From NCBI RefSeq assembly GCF_016432865.1, contig NC_067399.1:261392001-261456000 (forward strand): a stretch of DNA of 64,000 nt, read 5' to 3'. Below the pieces are notes generated by a model, which had not been told where the DNA came from, made no database searches, and worked only from the letters and a program-made list of their open reading frames with translations. This document shows, piece after piece, positions 27,331 to 39,599 of the stretch (position 1 is the first letter of the stretch; every line of letters starts with the position of its first letter). The DNA comes from Antechinus flavipes. Lineage: Eukaryota. The position numbers were made by a program, and so were the translations under genes.

Positions 27331-28671
27331 CTTTCCACTCAGGATGAATGACTTGGGATGAGTAGTAGTGTGCAGAGCATAACTTAATCTTGGTCCCAGG
27401 ATTCCTGAGAGGGCTGAGGTTCAAGACTTTGGGATTTTTTTCTCCTAAATGAGGTTGATTTCTGGTTATTGATAATTAAATGAAAAGATTCCTAGACAGA
27501 GTGACACCCAGTTCAGAGGAATGGGTATACAACTTCTCAAGAGTAGAACTAGCAATTCACCCTTTATGTGAGGAACAGAGAGAAAAGCCTACACACAAAA
27601 AAAAGGACATGTTGAGACTGGTGACCAAGCTGGCAAGAGTCCCATGTGCTTTGGTTGGGTTATAGGAATCATGATAAGGAATCACAGAAGGAAGTCTGAG
27701 GAATAAAGAGGGCTGAAGAGACAGAGAGGAAATAGGGAAAGCTATGGGTTTCAGGAAAACTAAAACCAAGAGAAGTTAGGTGGCCTCACCTATGGAGAAT
27801 AGGTCAAAGGAGAAATAGGTCAAAAGGAGAATAATCAAAGGCACTTGGGAGATAAATTCTTGAAGAAAGGCTACTGATCCTTCTCGGAGGTTTTCTCCCC
27901 CTAGATGTGCTGCATGCTCAAGTCGGTCAGATGTTTCAGGGGGATTTCACAACCAGAAGCATCATCTGCAAAAGGGTTGCAAAGATGAGCCCTGGGGAGA
28001 AGATCCTAAAGAAATTGGCTCCTGGCTAGGTATTCCAAAGTCTTGTGCCTCAGCCAATCTCAGGACTGGTTCCTGGGACCCGATTGAAGTTGTGTCCTGC
28101 ACACCACATCCCGTTCCAAGTCAGTCAATCCTGAGTGGGAAAAAGAAGGAAGGAAGGGACACGATTTTTGAATATTCTAGCACGTAGAGAGCTTTGGAGC
28201 ACTCTGAACCTCTTCCACAAAGCCTAGAAGATGGGTCATTTTCGATCCACAACCCTGCCCCCTATTCTCACGCCTCCCTCCCACCCCTCCCAACCTCTCA
28301 GGTGCCCGGACTACCTTGGGGATAGAGCTCTTCAGTAGCATAGTTTCTTCTTGGACCCTAGCTTGGTAAAAACTGGAAAAGTCAATAGCCAAAGCTTTGG
28401 GGGATTGTCTCCGAAATAACTCAATTCGCTGCAGCCCCCTCTTAGAGCAGGGCTCACTTCCCTCTACTCGCCTTTCCATCACTCTCACTATCAGCGGCTC
28501 AGACAGCTTTCCTGGGTTATTCTCGTTCTTCCCTTTTCAATTCTCGACCTGTCATGGACTTTTTTATGTTCAGCTCCCCTATCTACAAGTGGGAGAGAGG
28601 TCATCCGAGGACCGGGCTCTAGGGATTGGGTGTCCAAGTCCAGGCAGCCGCAACCTCAGCCCCTTACCCGA

Positions 28672-28757
28672 CTATAATTAGCTCACTCCGGCGACAGGCC
28701 AGGGTGGCCCCACAAGTTCCCTCTCCCTGGGGCTCAGAGACAAAGCCCAGCACCTAG
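28672..28757 (+). promoter_or_regulatory. Candidate KLHL33 promoter and non-coding first exon with a MEF2-type site
   Basis: CTATAATTAG at 28672-28681 fits YTA(A/T)4TAR. Donor TAG/GTGAGG at 28757 and acceptor at 29139 before the ATG. Confidence 0.45.
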
Positions 28758-29157
28758 GTGAGGAGGATGGGAGAACTTGTGAAGGTGACCGGCTGTAGAA
28801 ACTAACGACACCCTCTCAGTGCAGCAAGGGAGAGGGCAATAGTGGGACAAACTCTGGACCAGGAAGGGTCCCTCTAATCTCTGCCTCCTTGAGGCTCCGA
28901 ATCTATCTCCTGTTTGCTGTGAGATAGCCCGACTCCCCCAGAAAGGCTGAAAAAAGGGAACTGTCCTGGAGGGGGATAGGGCTGGAGGTTTATGTGGCAG
29001 AACGCCTGAAGTACAGGTTTGGCACTTCTCGGACTTGATGAGTGATGAAAGGTGCATTTTATCTACGTTCGAGGGCAGAGCAGTAAAAACTTAAGCTTTG
29101 TCAGATGCCTAATTTCGCCTCTCTCCCAATTTTTCTCAGATCAACCCAGCTCTGGCC

Positions 29158-32100
29158 ATGAGTTCCCCAGGCACCGTGATCTGCAGCGAAGACGAGGGGC
29201 TACTTTCCCCTCAGTTCCGGAAGGACTACCCCAGCCTCTCTTTACCAACTCAGCAAAGCCCCAGCTGGCCTTCCTCCCCAGACGAAGACTCGGGTCTACT
29301 TCCCTTCCCTCTGGGACAATCCAGTCACCGGGCCTCCGAGCTTGGAGATCTTCCTTCTCCTTCCTTGTCCCTGGAGGAAGATGAAGAAGGGGAAACTGAG
29401 GCGCTAGTGAGTGAGGAGCACCCAGGCCAGTTCTTTGCAGAAGCTCGAAGGCTTCGGGACTTAAGTCTGCTGCTAGATGAAGAGGTAATAGTGCAGGGTC
29501 GAAGGTATGCGGTGCATGGGGCGGTCTTGGCTTCAGTCAGCAGCCTCTTTCGCTCCCGGCTGCTGGGGAATGGGGACCCAAGACCCCCCATACAGCTGGA
29601 CGTAGCACCCCAGGGTTGGGAGGCAGTGCTGACCTTTGCCTATGAGGGGGTGGTGGGTCCCGCCGCTTTGGGAGATGTGATAGCGGCAGCGGAGCTCCTG
29701 GGAGCCCCTCGGGTAGCAGCAGCTGCCCTAAGGAGACTGGAGGGGGACCGGAACCAAGGAGACAAGGAACAGGAGGGACCGGATAAAGCTGAGGAGTTGA
29801 GAGAGAATCTGAGCAGCATGGAGCAGCTCTATCGTGAGGGTGTTGGCTGTGACCTGGAGCTGGAAGCAGAGGGCTGCCACCTGAAGGGTAAGCACCTAGA
29901 CAGGGAGAGAGGGAGGAGGATGAGGAAGAATCGATGGGAAGCAAGGGCAGATACCGACAGGATTCTGCGCATTCACTAAACTAAAAGGATTAAGATAGAA
30001 TTTGGATGCAAAATAACTGAAGGGTATATTACTTACTTCCTTAGGTTCTCCATATATCAAGGATCTACTGTCAAACAGAACATGAGCTTTGAGTTGTTTT
30101 TCCCATAGTGGTGATAGATTTACACTGACCATGCACTCTTTCTATCCCTGTCCTCTCTTGAGATAAACAACATTCATTTACAGGACAGCTGGCTGGAGTT
30201 AGTATACAATCTGTGACAGTAGATACAAGCAGCAGCCAATTGGGGCAAAGAAGGATAAACCTGACATTGGCCTGTTGGTCTGGCCATGCTCTGGTGCCAC
30301 ACATTACTAGTGGAAGGAACGATGTTGAAAAATGATTATCAATTAATGCTTGTCACACATTGGCTTGAAGACTTGGGTCTTCTACAGATGCTAAACAGGA
30401 TTTCTTTTCTTTTCATTTCTTTTCTTTTTTCTTTTTTTTCTTTTTTTTTTTGATGTGGTACAGCCCTTAGGAAGGATATAGTCTTGGATTATTGCTATAG
30501 CCTTTCTTTCTTTCTTTCTTTCTTTTTTTTAATAACTTTTTATTGATAGAACCCATGCCAGGGTAATTTTTTACAGCATTATCCCTTGCATTCACTTCTG
30601 TTCCGATTTTTCCCCTCCCTCCCTCCACCCCCTCCCCTAGATGGCAAGCAGTCCTTTATATGTTGAATAGGTTACAGTATATCCTAGATACAATATATGT
30701 GTGCAGAACCGAACATTTTTCTTGTTGCGCAGGGAGAACTGAATTCAGAAGGTATAAATAACCCGGGAAGAAAAACAAAAATGCAAGCAGTTTATATTCA
30801 TTTCCTAGTGTTCTTTCTTTGGGTGTAGCTGCTTCTGTCCGTCTTTGATCAATTAAAGCTCTCTTTATCGAAGAGATCCACTTCCATCAGAATACATCCT
30901 CAAACAGTATCGTTGTTGAGGTATATAATGATCTTCTGGTTCTGCTCTAAACAGGATTTCTTGCTCAGAACTCAGTTTAATGTGATCTCAAAACTCCTCT
31001 TCCAAAATTCCCTGGTTTTCAAGATCATATCCTTTCTGACACATTCCTTAACCAGTAGAGCCAGTGCTAAATAGGTAAAATATTAGTTAATTTTGTCTAT
31101 GCATCCAGGGGATGAGGAATGCTGCTGAAACTGCTCAGGGAGTCTGATGTGACTTATCCTAGTGGCAGATGTCAAGAACATAGCTCAGTAGAGCTCAACA
31201 GATCTCAAGGGCTGGATCTTTCAATTTTATCTCTGGCCCCTAATACTCGGTACAAATACCAAATGACCAAAAAACAAAACAAAACAAAACAACCCTGGTG
31301 CCAGCATCCAGAATAATAGAACTGGGAGTAGAAGGGAGTTTTAGACATCATCTAGTTCATTCTTGTTTTCCAAGTGAGAAAACAGAAGGTTTAAGAGGAA
31401 AGTCACTTGGGTGCTTAGGATTACACAAAGAATTAGTGGCAGAACCAAGGTAAACCATAAACTCAAGTTTTCTGAGGTTCAGTCTGCCACTCTTTTTGTT
31501 ATTCTACATTGTCTTCAGAAGAAAGTTCCAGTTGAGGCACATCTGTGTGGCAGAGTGGTATATAAAACAATTATGTTTACAATCCAATTCAGTAAGTGCC
31601 CAACATACGTGAGCTTAGGCAGCTAGTTGTGAAGAATTTATTAATCACCTTACTATATTCCATGTAGCTAAGTGGCATAGTGGATAAAGTTTTAGGCTTG
31701 AAATCTGGAATACCTGATCTCAAATCTAGCCTCAGATACTTACTAGCAGTATGACTTTAGGCAAGTCACTTGCCCCTGTTTGCCTCAGTTTCCTCATCTG
31801 TAAAATGAACTGAGGAAGAAAATAGTCAAGTACTCCAGTATCTTTGCAAAGAAAATCCCAGATGGGGTCATGAAGAGTTATTCACAACTGAACAACAACA
31901 AATATAAAGGGTGCCATACCAAGCATTAAGGGTCAGAGACAAAATGAAAGCTCCAGACTTTAAGGTTTACTGAGATTTACTGAAGCCTCTGTGGCTGTGT
32001 TCCTGGCACTTCACACAGGCATAAGTCATATCTGACTCCCTGAAAAGTTTTAACAGCATTCCTCATGAATCCAAGTGAGCAGGACAGGATTGCCAGCAAT

Positions 32101-35100
32101 GAGGTCCTGGAATGGAACCAACTTACTGTCATTCAAGTGATGCTCACTGCAAAACAGCTTCAATGAATGCAGAAAGTACACTGGCACCCTACCCAAGGAG
32201 CTGCTGTGTGTCAGACCCTGCTCTATTACTATCTGACTTTTTGAACACAGGCATACTTATTTACTTACCTAAATCTCAGTTTCTTCATCTTTAGAATGGG
32301 AGGGGAGAGAAGATGGGAAAATGGAGATATGAAATGGTCTCTAATAACTATATCCAGGGAGGAAGTTATGGGTGAGAGTAAAGAGAGCCCAGGATTGGAA
32401 TTAGGAAGATCATCTTTCAGACATTTAGTAACTGTGTGATCCTGGATAAGTCACAGAAACTCTCTGACTTAGAGAATAGGGATAATAACCAAGTCTATCT
32501 CCCTGGGTTATTGTGAGCTATTAATATATCTTTCTATTAGAGCACTATTCTAGAGTAGTATAAAGTTCACAAGCATTTTCCTCACATTCCCCTCGCTATG
32601 GAAAAGGTAGTGGAATACAGTAGCATACCTATTTTTTTTTTTTAAAAAGGAGGCTGAATCTAGGAGAGGGGGTGGGGGGAAGGAGGGAAAGTTGGAACAG
32701 AAGGTTTTGCAAGGGTCAATGCTGAAAAATTACTCATGCATTATCTCTTGTAAATAAAAAGCTATAATAAAAAGAAGAGGAGGGCTTAAATAATTTGACC
32801 AGAATTACACAGCTATTAAGTGTTGGAGATGTTATTCAAATCAGGTTTTCTTCTAACTCAGTCTAACTGCCCTACTCTATGAATTGGTCCCATTCTAGTC
32901 TATGAATTGATCAGGCAGATGGAAGAAATATCATTGGAGAAGGAGAGTCAGTGTGTGATAGTACAAAAAATTAGATTTGGAATCAAGGGCCTGAAGTCTA
33001 ATTCCACTCTTGCGCCTTGAGATCACTTAGTTTTCTCTCATCATCTCATCATCATTATCTGTCCTACCCACTTCTCACTGATGTTATGAGGTCCCTAAGA
33101 GGAAAGGTAGTTGAAAGCACTTCCAAACCAAAAGGTGCTTTCTATAAAAAGGATTCTGTATAATCAGGCTGCACCAGGCAGAGGTTCAAGCCATGTTAAC
33201 TAAATCTAGGCTTCTGAATGACAACAGAAGCAAGCAGACATAGGAACCTGGAGTGTGCCAATTAATCTCTAGGAGAAAGGAAACTTGTTAAATAAAGATT
33301 TGATTGCAAAACTGAGTCAGAAATGCAAATAGTAAAATAGCAAGATAGCAGCATCTGTTGTTAAGCCAAAAGTAATCTTCACAGGTACAAGGTATGAGCA
33401 GGGCTATTGGCTGTATCCTTGTCTTTGAAGCACATCTATCTGCCCTTGCAGTATTATCAGTGAGAAACTAGATTAGGAATAACAAGAATAGTGTTCTGTT
33501 CCAGGTGACAGCTTAGGGCCCAGTGGTTCTCAAACCTTTGTTCTCAGTATCTTCATATTGTTAAAAAACTATGGAGGATCTGTTCAAAGAGTTTTTGTTC
33601 ACATGGGTTATAGTTATTGCTATTTATTATATTAGAAATAAAATCATTTTGAATTTGTAGACCCTCTGAAAGGGTTTCAGAGACCCCAACAATTCTTTGG
33701 ACTACACTTTGAGGACCACTGGCTTAGGCTCTTTAGTTAGATTGGAATATGGGGAGTTCTATAATATAGTAGACAGTATCGGAGGTTGGCATTAAAAACA
33801 GGAAGAGCTGTCGGGGTTGGTTGGGAGCCTGGCATCTGTTCTGACCCCATGCTCTCCCACATTTCCTGTACCCACAGTGCACCGCGTGGCTCTAGTCTGC
33901 GGGAGCGAGTTCTTCGGAGCGATGCTCCTGAGTGGGATGAGGGAATCTCAGGGCTCAGCTGTCACACTACGCACAGTCTCAGCCGCAGAACTGCAGCTCC
34001 TCGTCTCCTTTGCCTACTCAGGGGCACTGCAAACAAACTGGCCAGGGCTGCTGAGGGCCACCCTGACTGCCCTGCAGTACCAAAGCGGCTCCTGCTTGGC
34101 CTTGTGCCAGAGAGCCCTGGCCCGAGGCCTTAGCCCAGTCCGATGCTTGGCCTTGCTTCCCGTGGCTGAAGCCCCAGGACTGGAGAGACTTTGGGACAAA
34201 GTCCATCACTACCTCCTCAACCATCTGCCGGCTGTGGCGGCCTGCCCTACCTTCCCAGACCTGCCCCGTCCCTTCCTGGCCAGCCTCCTGGCCAGCGACG
34301 AGCTGCATCTAGAGGAGGAATTCGAGGCTTTCGAGGCGGCGTGGCACTGGCTGGCGGCAGATCCCATTGGCAGAGAGCCTGAAGCGGAGCCTCTACTGCG
34401 CTGCGTCCGCTTTGGTCGCATGTCCACGCGGGAACTGCGGCGAGTGAGAGCTGCCGGACTGCCCCCGCCGCTGCCCTCGTCCTTGCTACACCAGATTCTG
34501 ACGGCGGCCGAGGTGCCGGGCCGAGCAAGGCGGCGGGAGCCCGAGCGGGCGCTGGTGGTGATCGGCGGAGACGGGCTCACTGCGGACTTAGCTCAGAGCC
34601 AGCCGTCGCGAGGGGTGTGGTGGGCGCGCGCCTTCTGCAGTGGCGTGGGGCTGGTGCACACGGTGGAGTGGGGGAGGCTGCCTGCCCTGCCCCTCCGGGG
34701 CGCTTCCGGCATGGCGCTGCCAGTCTCACTGGGCGGGAGCTGTACGTGTGCGGAGGGCAGCACTACTACAGCCACTCAGACACGCTGGCCTCCGTGCTCA
34801 GGTAGGGGAGAGAGGGGCAGATCAGACTAGCCTTTGTCGCTGGGTGCCCCCTCTTCTTCGGGGCTCCTTCGACCAGGTGACTCTTCGTGGCTCCCCTGTC
34901 GCCCAGCCTTACTTATCTGGCAAGGGATTGCGGAGGGAGGGCTTTGGGGGTGAGGCGGAAAGCAGCAAGCCCGGTGGGTGCCAGAGCCGGAGAGAAGAAC
35001 TCAGGAGGGAGGCCAGATAGCTCTGCTGGAGGGGAATGGAGGAAGATGTGCAGCTTCAGCGGCACCTCCCAAGCACCAGGTTAACTCTGCCCGTCTCTCT

Positions 35101-36266
35101 TTCCTCTGTGTGTTCATAGGTGGGCACCTGGCCAAAGTAATTGGGAAGAGTTGGCGCCAATGTGTCAAGCTCGGTCTTTCTTCCCACTGGTGGCTCACGA
35201 TGGACATCTTTATGCCTTGGGTGGGAGAGACAAGGGGGCTGCCTTGGATTCGGTGGAAGCCTATGATCCCAAGCTTGATGCTTGGAGGTGAGCAAAAGAG
35301 ATCAATCAATTAGTAGGCCTTTATTAAGTGCCTATTAGGTGCTAGAGAAAATAGTGATGGAGAGGAACCAGGTTTCTCCTAAAACCATAGCAACTACTTT
35401 CCCTTAAACAAGATAATCTTTTATTACTTTAGCAGGGATCTGTCCTTTCAGTCAATTCTTAGACTCACAGAATCTCAGAGTTATAGGAGATCTCAGAGAT
35501 TATCTAGTCCATTCCCTTCCTGACCAAGAATCTTCCTGTTTCATTACTTGTGCCCTCTGCCTCTGTTAGGGATAATGGGATATTCAGACAGATCCACATC
35601 TGTATCACGATGCCCACATTTAACTGGCCCAAGACGCTCAGTGTCATGAAGGGGTTGGAGTGACCTAGAGGTAGACAGGGAAAGGAGGCCCAGCCATAAG
35701 AAGGAAGTTAAGGCTGTGGGCTGCCCTTCTCTGCTGAGACAGTCCTTTGTTCTTCCTACAGGTCAGCACCACCCCTCCCCACACCCTGCTTTGCACACGC
35801 AGCCTCTGTGTTGGATGGTCAGGTCTATGTGAGTGGAGGCTGCAATGAGTTTGGTCAATATCTGGCCTCCCTCTTTAACTACAACCCTACTCGCAAGCCG
35901 TCATGGGTCCTGCTGAATCCTATGAAGACCCCTCGGGCAGGTCATGTCATGGTAGCCCTGGGTGGACGACTCTATGCAGCAGGAGGTTTGGGTGAGGCCG
36001 GAGACTTGCTTAGTTTTGAAGCATATGAGCCCAGGACTGACACCTGGATGAGCTTGGAACCTTTGCCCTCTCCCCACGTGGGAGCTGCTGGAGTCTCTCT
36101 TCAAGGGGAGATCCTAGTTTTGGGGGGCTACAGTCACCAAACATATGCTCTCTCCCACCTCATTCATGCATACTGCCCCGGCCTAGGCCGCTGGCTTTGT
36201 CTGGGAACCTTGCCCCGGCCCCGAGCTGAGATGTCTGCCTGTGTCCTTCAGCTATCTCCCATATAG
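29158..36266 (+). CDS. KLHL33: Kelch-like protein 33, long BTB-BTB-BACK-Kelch form (about 775 aa if the frameshift at 34690-34693 is corrected)
   Basis: Exons 29158-29887, 33878-34801, 35120-35287 and 35762-36266, all GT-AG and phase-compatible after adding 1 nt. Motifs VHRVALVCGSEFFGAML, GRFRHGAASL, YALGGR and YCPGLGRWLCLGTLPRPRAEM. Confidence 0.9.
30407..30946 (-). mobile_element. 5'-truncated young L1 with a 3' transduction
   Basis: 16-bp TSD CTAAACAGGATTTCTT (30391-30406 and 30947-30962). L1 body at 30531-30946, with two tails separated by 51 unique nt. Confidence 0.88.
31664..31900 (+). mobile_element. Mar1-like CORE-SINE
   Basis: tRNA-like head, CORE segment CCTCAGTTTCCTCATCTGTAAAATG, and an RTE-like tail ending ACTGAACAACAACA. 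Confidence 0.75.
33521..33721. mobile_element. hAT-type MITE
   Basis: Terminal inverted repeats CAGTGGTTCTCAAA / TTTGAGGACCACTG. Approximate TSD GCTTAGG. Confidence 0.65.
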
Positions 36267-38049
36267 CTGCAAACTCCAGGAGCTGATTCAGCTCAGATTT
36301 AACTCCTTAGTCAGGCAGAAAAAGGAGGAGGAAAAAAAGATGGAGAATCAGGATGTGCAGATTGAGGATATGGGCAAGAAGGAAAGACACACTTGAGGGA
36401 AAAAAAATAAGTCATGTGATGGGGGAAAGCTTTACAGAAGGTTTTCTTCATTTTGTGTGTGTGTCATAGACTCCTTTGGCAGTCTGTGACACCTAAGGAC
36501 CACTTCTCAGGATGATATTTTTAAACTTTGTGCACAATATAAAATATATAAGAATACAAAAGAAACTAACTATATTGAGGTACAATTAACAGAATATTTT
36601 CTAAATGAACCCCTGTACCTCAGTCTAAGAACCTGCTGAAGTAGGAAAATAAAGTTAGGGGAAAGAAACTTTGTTCAATTCCATCCAAGGCTTATGGATC
36701 TAAAGGTAGACTTATACATGGCACAGAGCATGGCATCCTATCATCCTAGGATTTAGAATGGAAGCAGAGTTTAGAAACCATCATTTTATGGATAAAGGAA
36801 CCAAGGTCCAAAATTTTAAGTGAGCTATGCAGATAAACATGAACAGTAAATCTAATTTATGGAAAGATCATGGAAAGAAATGGGAAGCAAGGAAAATTTG
36901 ATAAAAGTTTTAAAAGGGCTACAAAAGACTTTTTCTTCCTCACTTATCTCTTTTACCTTGTTAAATAATTATTTTTTCCCCCACTGCCATGCTCCAAAGT
37001 GTCTGAACTCTCCTGACCAGACCATTTCCCTCCTTAAATAGTCCCTAAGAATAAGCTTGACTTTTTCATATCTCAATCATCACTTCTACCTTTGGGGAAC
37101 TTCTGGGTTCCAACAAAATTGAAGGCTCAAGCAAAGAAGCTCTTGACTAGGGTTGTAAGAGGTGAGGAAATGCAGTAGATAAAGTGCCAGATTGGGAATT
37201 GGGACAACCAGGATTCCAATCCTGCCTCTGATACTTAAGTAGCTATTTGATTGAGCAAAATCATTAAATATTCCCCATTCATTTTTCTCATTTAAAACGA
37301 GAGGACTTCTAAGGTCCCTTCTGGCTCTTAATCTATGATCTTATGATTTAGGTAGTAATTAACTTCAGGAAAGCTGCTAATAGAAGCAAAAGTGTGTATA
37401 TATGTGTGGATGGACAGGGGTTATATTTGGTGAAGGGAAAGGGCAGGTGAAACAGAGATAGATTTAAAAGAGTCTATACTGGAAGGGGTTATGGTTTAGG
37501 AGATGGAAAGTGAACTAGGGAACTTCACTGCCTGGATCTGTCCTTACCCAGCATCCCCAGAATAGATTGTGAGGTGAGTGAAAAGAAACATTTTTTTACT
37601 TTAGACTTTCCTGTTGAGGAAAAGGTGAATAGAAGGATAATTTGAACACCATGAGAACTGGACAAGAGATCCCCTATTCCCTTTACTCCTTTTCTCTGGG
37701 ATTTTCCTGACCCATCTATTCTTTTCTGAATGGGGAAGGGGAATAGGGACACAGATACACTGTGTTTTGGGAATTTTTGATATCCATCTAGTCAAAGACA
37801 AATAGCTATTTCAAAGATATTCCAGGGATATGCCTATATTTTATTTTTTTATTCTGAACTTAAGAAATAAAACAAGCATTTCCATGACAAAGCAGAATAT
37901 AAAAAGAAGACTGTATATGAAACTGCAAATCTATTATGTACAATGTTCTCTTCCTTTTAAATAAAGTAGTCATGTAACTTTCAAAGCCATCCTGTTTTTG
38001 TTTCCATTTTTCCTTCTATTCCATTTGAGAAATTTTAAAAAATGCTTTA

Positions 38050-38185
38050 ATAACTCCTTTTTCTCTCTCTTTCTAGCCTTTTTTTCTCCCCTCTCTCCCT
38101 CCTTCTCTCTCTTTCCTTCCCTTCTTTCCTCTCTCCTTCTCCCTCTCTCTCTCTCTCTCTCTCTCTGCTTCTTTCTTTCTTTCTC
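38050..38185. repeat. CT-rich low-complexity tract
   Basis: Read directly from the sequence. Confidence 0.85.
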
Positions 38186-39567
38186 AATCTTACTGCTAAT
38201 CCCTTCTTCAACCTATTCCTTTTACCACCTTCCCACTGAAAAAGAAAAACACAGTGGATATGCAACCAATTGAAAATTCAGGTTCAGGGTCAAATCTTGG
38301 AGGCACTCAGAAGGTAGTGGATAGAGCACCAACCCTGAATTTAGAAGTTCAAAGCCAGCGTCAAGCACTTAACACTTCTAGTTGTATGACTCTGGGCAAA
38401 TTACTTAACCCCCAATTGTCTCAAACAAACTAATATGTCAAATCTTGAGGTGGTTTTAGGTGTCATTCTTTAAAAAATGAGTGTTGAACAAATAAAATTT
38501 CCTAGGGAGAATGTAGAAAGATAAGAGTGGATAGGGTTGAAGAAAAAATTTGTGGGAAACCCACAGGTGAAGAGAAGAAGGAAGAGAAGCCTGAAAACAA
38601 GCAGTTGGATGGGAGGACAACTCAGAATAACATATTGTTTCACTAAGGGAGAAGAATATATCTTGAAAAAGAGTATGATTAATATTGTCAAATGTTGAAG
38701 AAGCAGAGATTTCGAGAAAAGAGAAGAGACAAAAGATTTTGTATTTTATGAGTAGAAAGTTATTTATGACCTTTGAGAAAGCAATGATTTTGAGAAAGTT
38801 GTAGAGACAGAAATCATATTACAAGGGATTGAGGAGAAAAAAAGTGGTGAAGAAAGTGGAATGAATAAAAATAAATAGAAAAGAGTTTAATACAAAGTGG
38901 GTAAGCAGGGGTTACCAGGTGGGGAAGAATCGTTCATGTAGAAATGTGCTTAAGATGTTCATCTTGAAGGAACTGAAGATTCTGTGAGACAGAGATGAGG
39001 AGGGAGTGATTCCAGGGATATAGGACAGCTAGTACAAAGTAAGGAGATGGGAAATGGTGCCATATGTGAGAGATAGGGAGAAGGTCATTTGGGCTCAATA
39101 ACTGACTGTGGGAATAGAAGCTGGGATATGATCAGATTAATGCTTATGGAAAAATACTGTGTGGAGGATGGATTAGAAGGGAAGGTATTTGATTCAGGGA
39201 GATAATAATGATACCATTGCAATAACCTAGTTGGGAATTAATAAGGACCTGAACTATCAGGTAGCTAGATTGATTTTTCTGGACCTATAGTCAGACAAGA
39301 GTTCAAATCTTAACTCGTAAATTTACTAGCTACTTAACTCTTAGCAAGTCAATCTTCCTTCAGTCTCAATTTCTCATCTGAAAAATGAGGTTTAATAATA
39401 GCACCCATTTCCCAGGGATATTATAATATTAAATGAGATATAACTTTACAAACCACCAATTTACAAAAATTTGGAACGCAAGGTTTTACAAGGGTGAATG
39501 TTGAAAACTTCTATGAATGTGTTTTGAAAATAAAAAGATAGATATATATATGTATACATAAAAACTA

Positions 39568-39599
<32 letters not shown>

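Larger units (their letters stand above)
18051..28479 (-). pseudogene. Intron-containing Na-Cl cotransporter pseudogene, SLC12A3-like, probably NCC2/SLC12A10
   Basis: Eight clear exon remnants (NCC exons 5, 6 and 9-14) in the correct order and with matching phases. They carry stops, frameshifts and mutated splice sites. The outer limits (candidate exon 1 at 28315-28479 and a candidate exon 17 donor at 18051) are weak. Confidence 0.9.
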
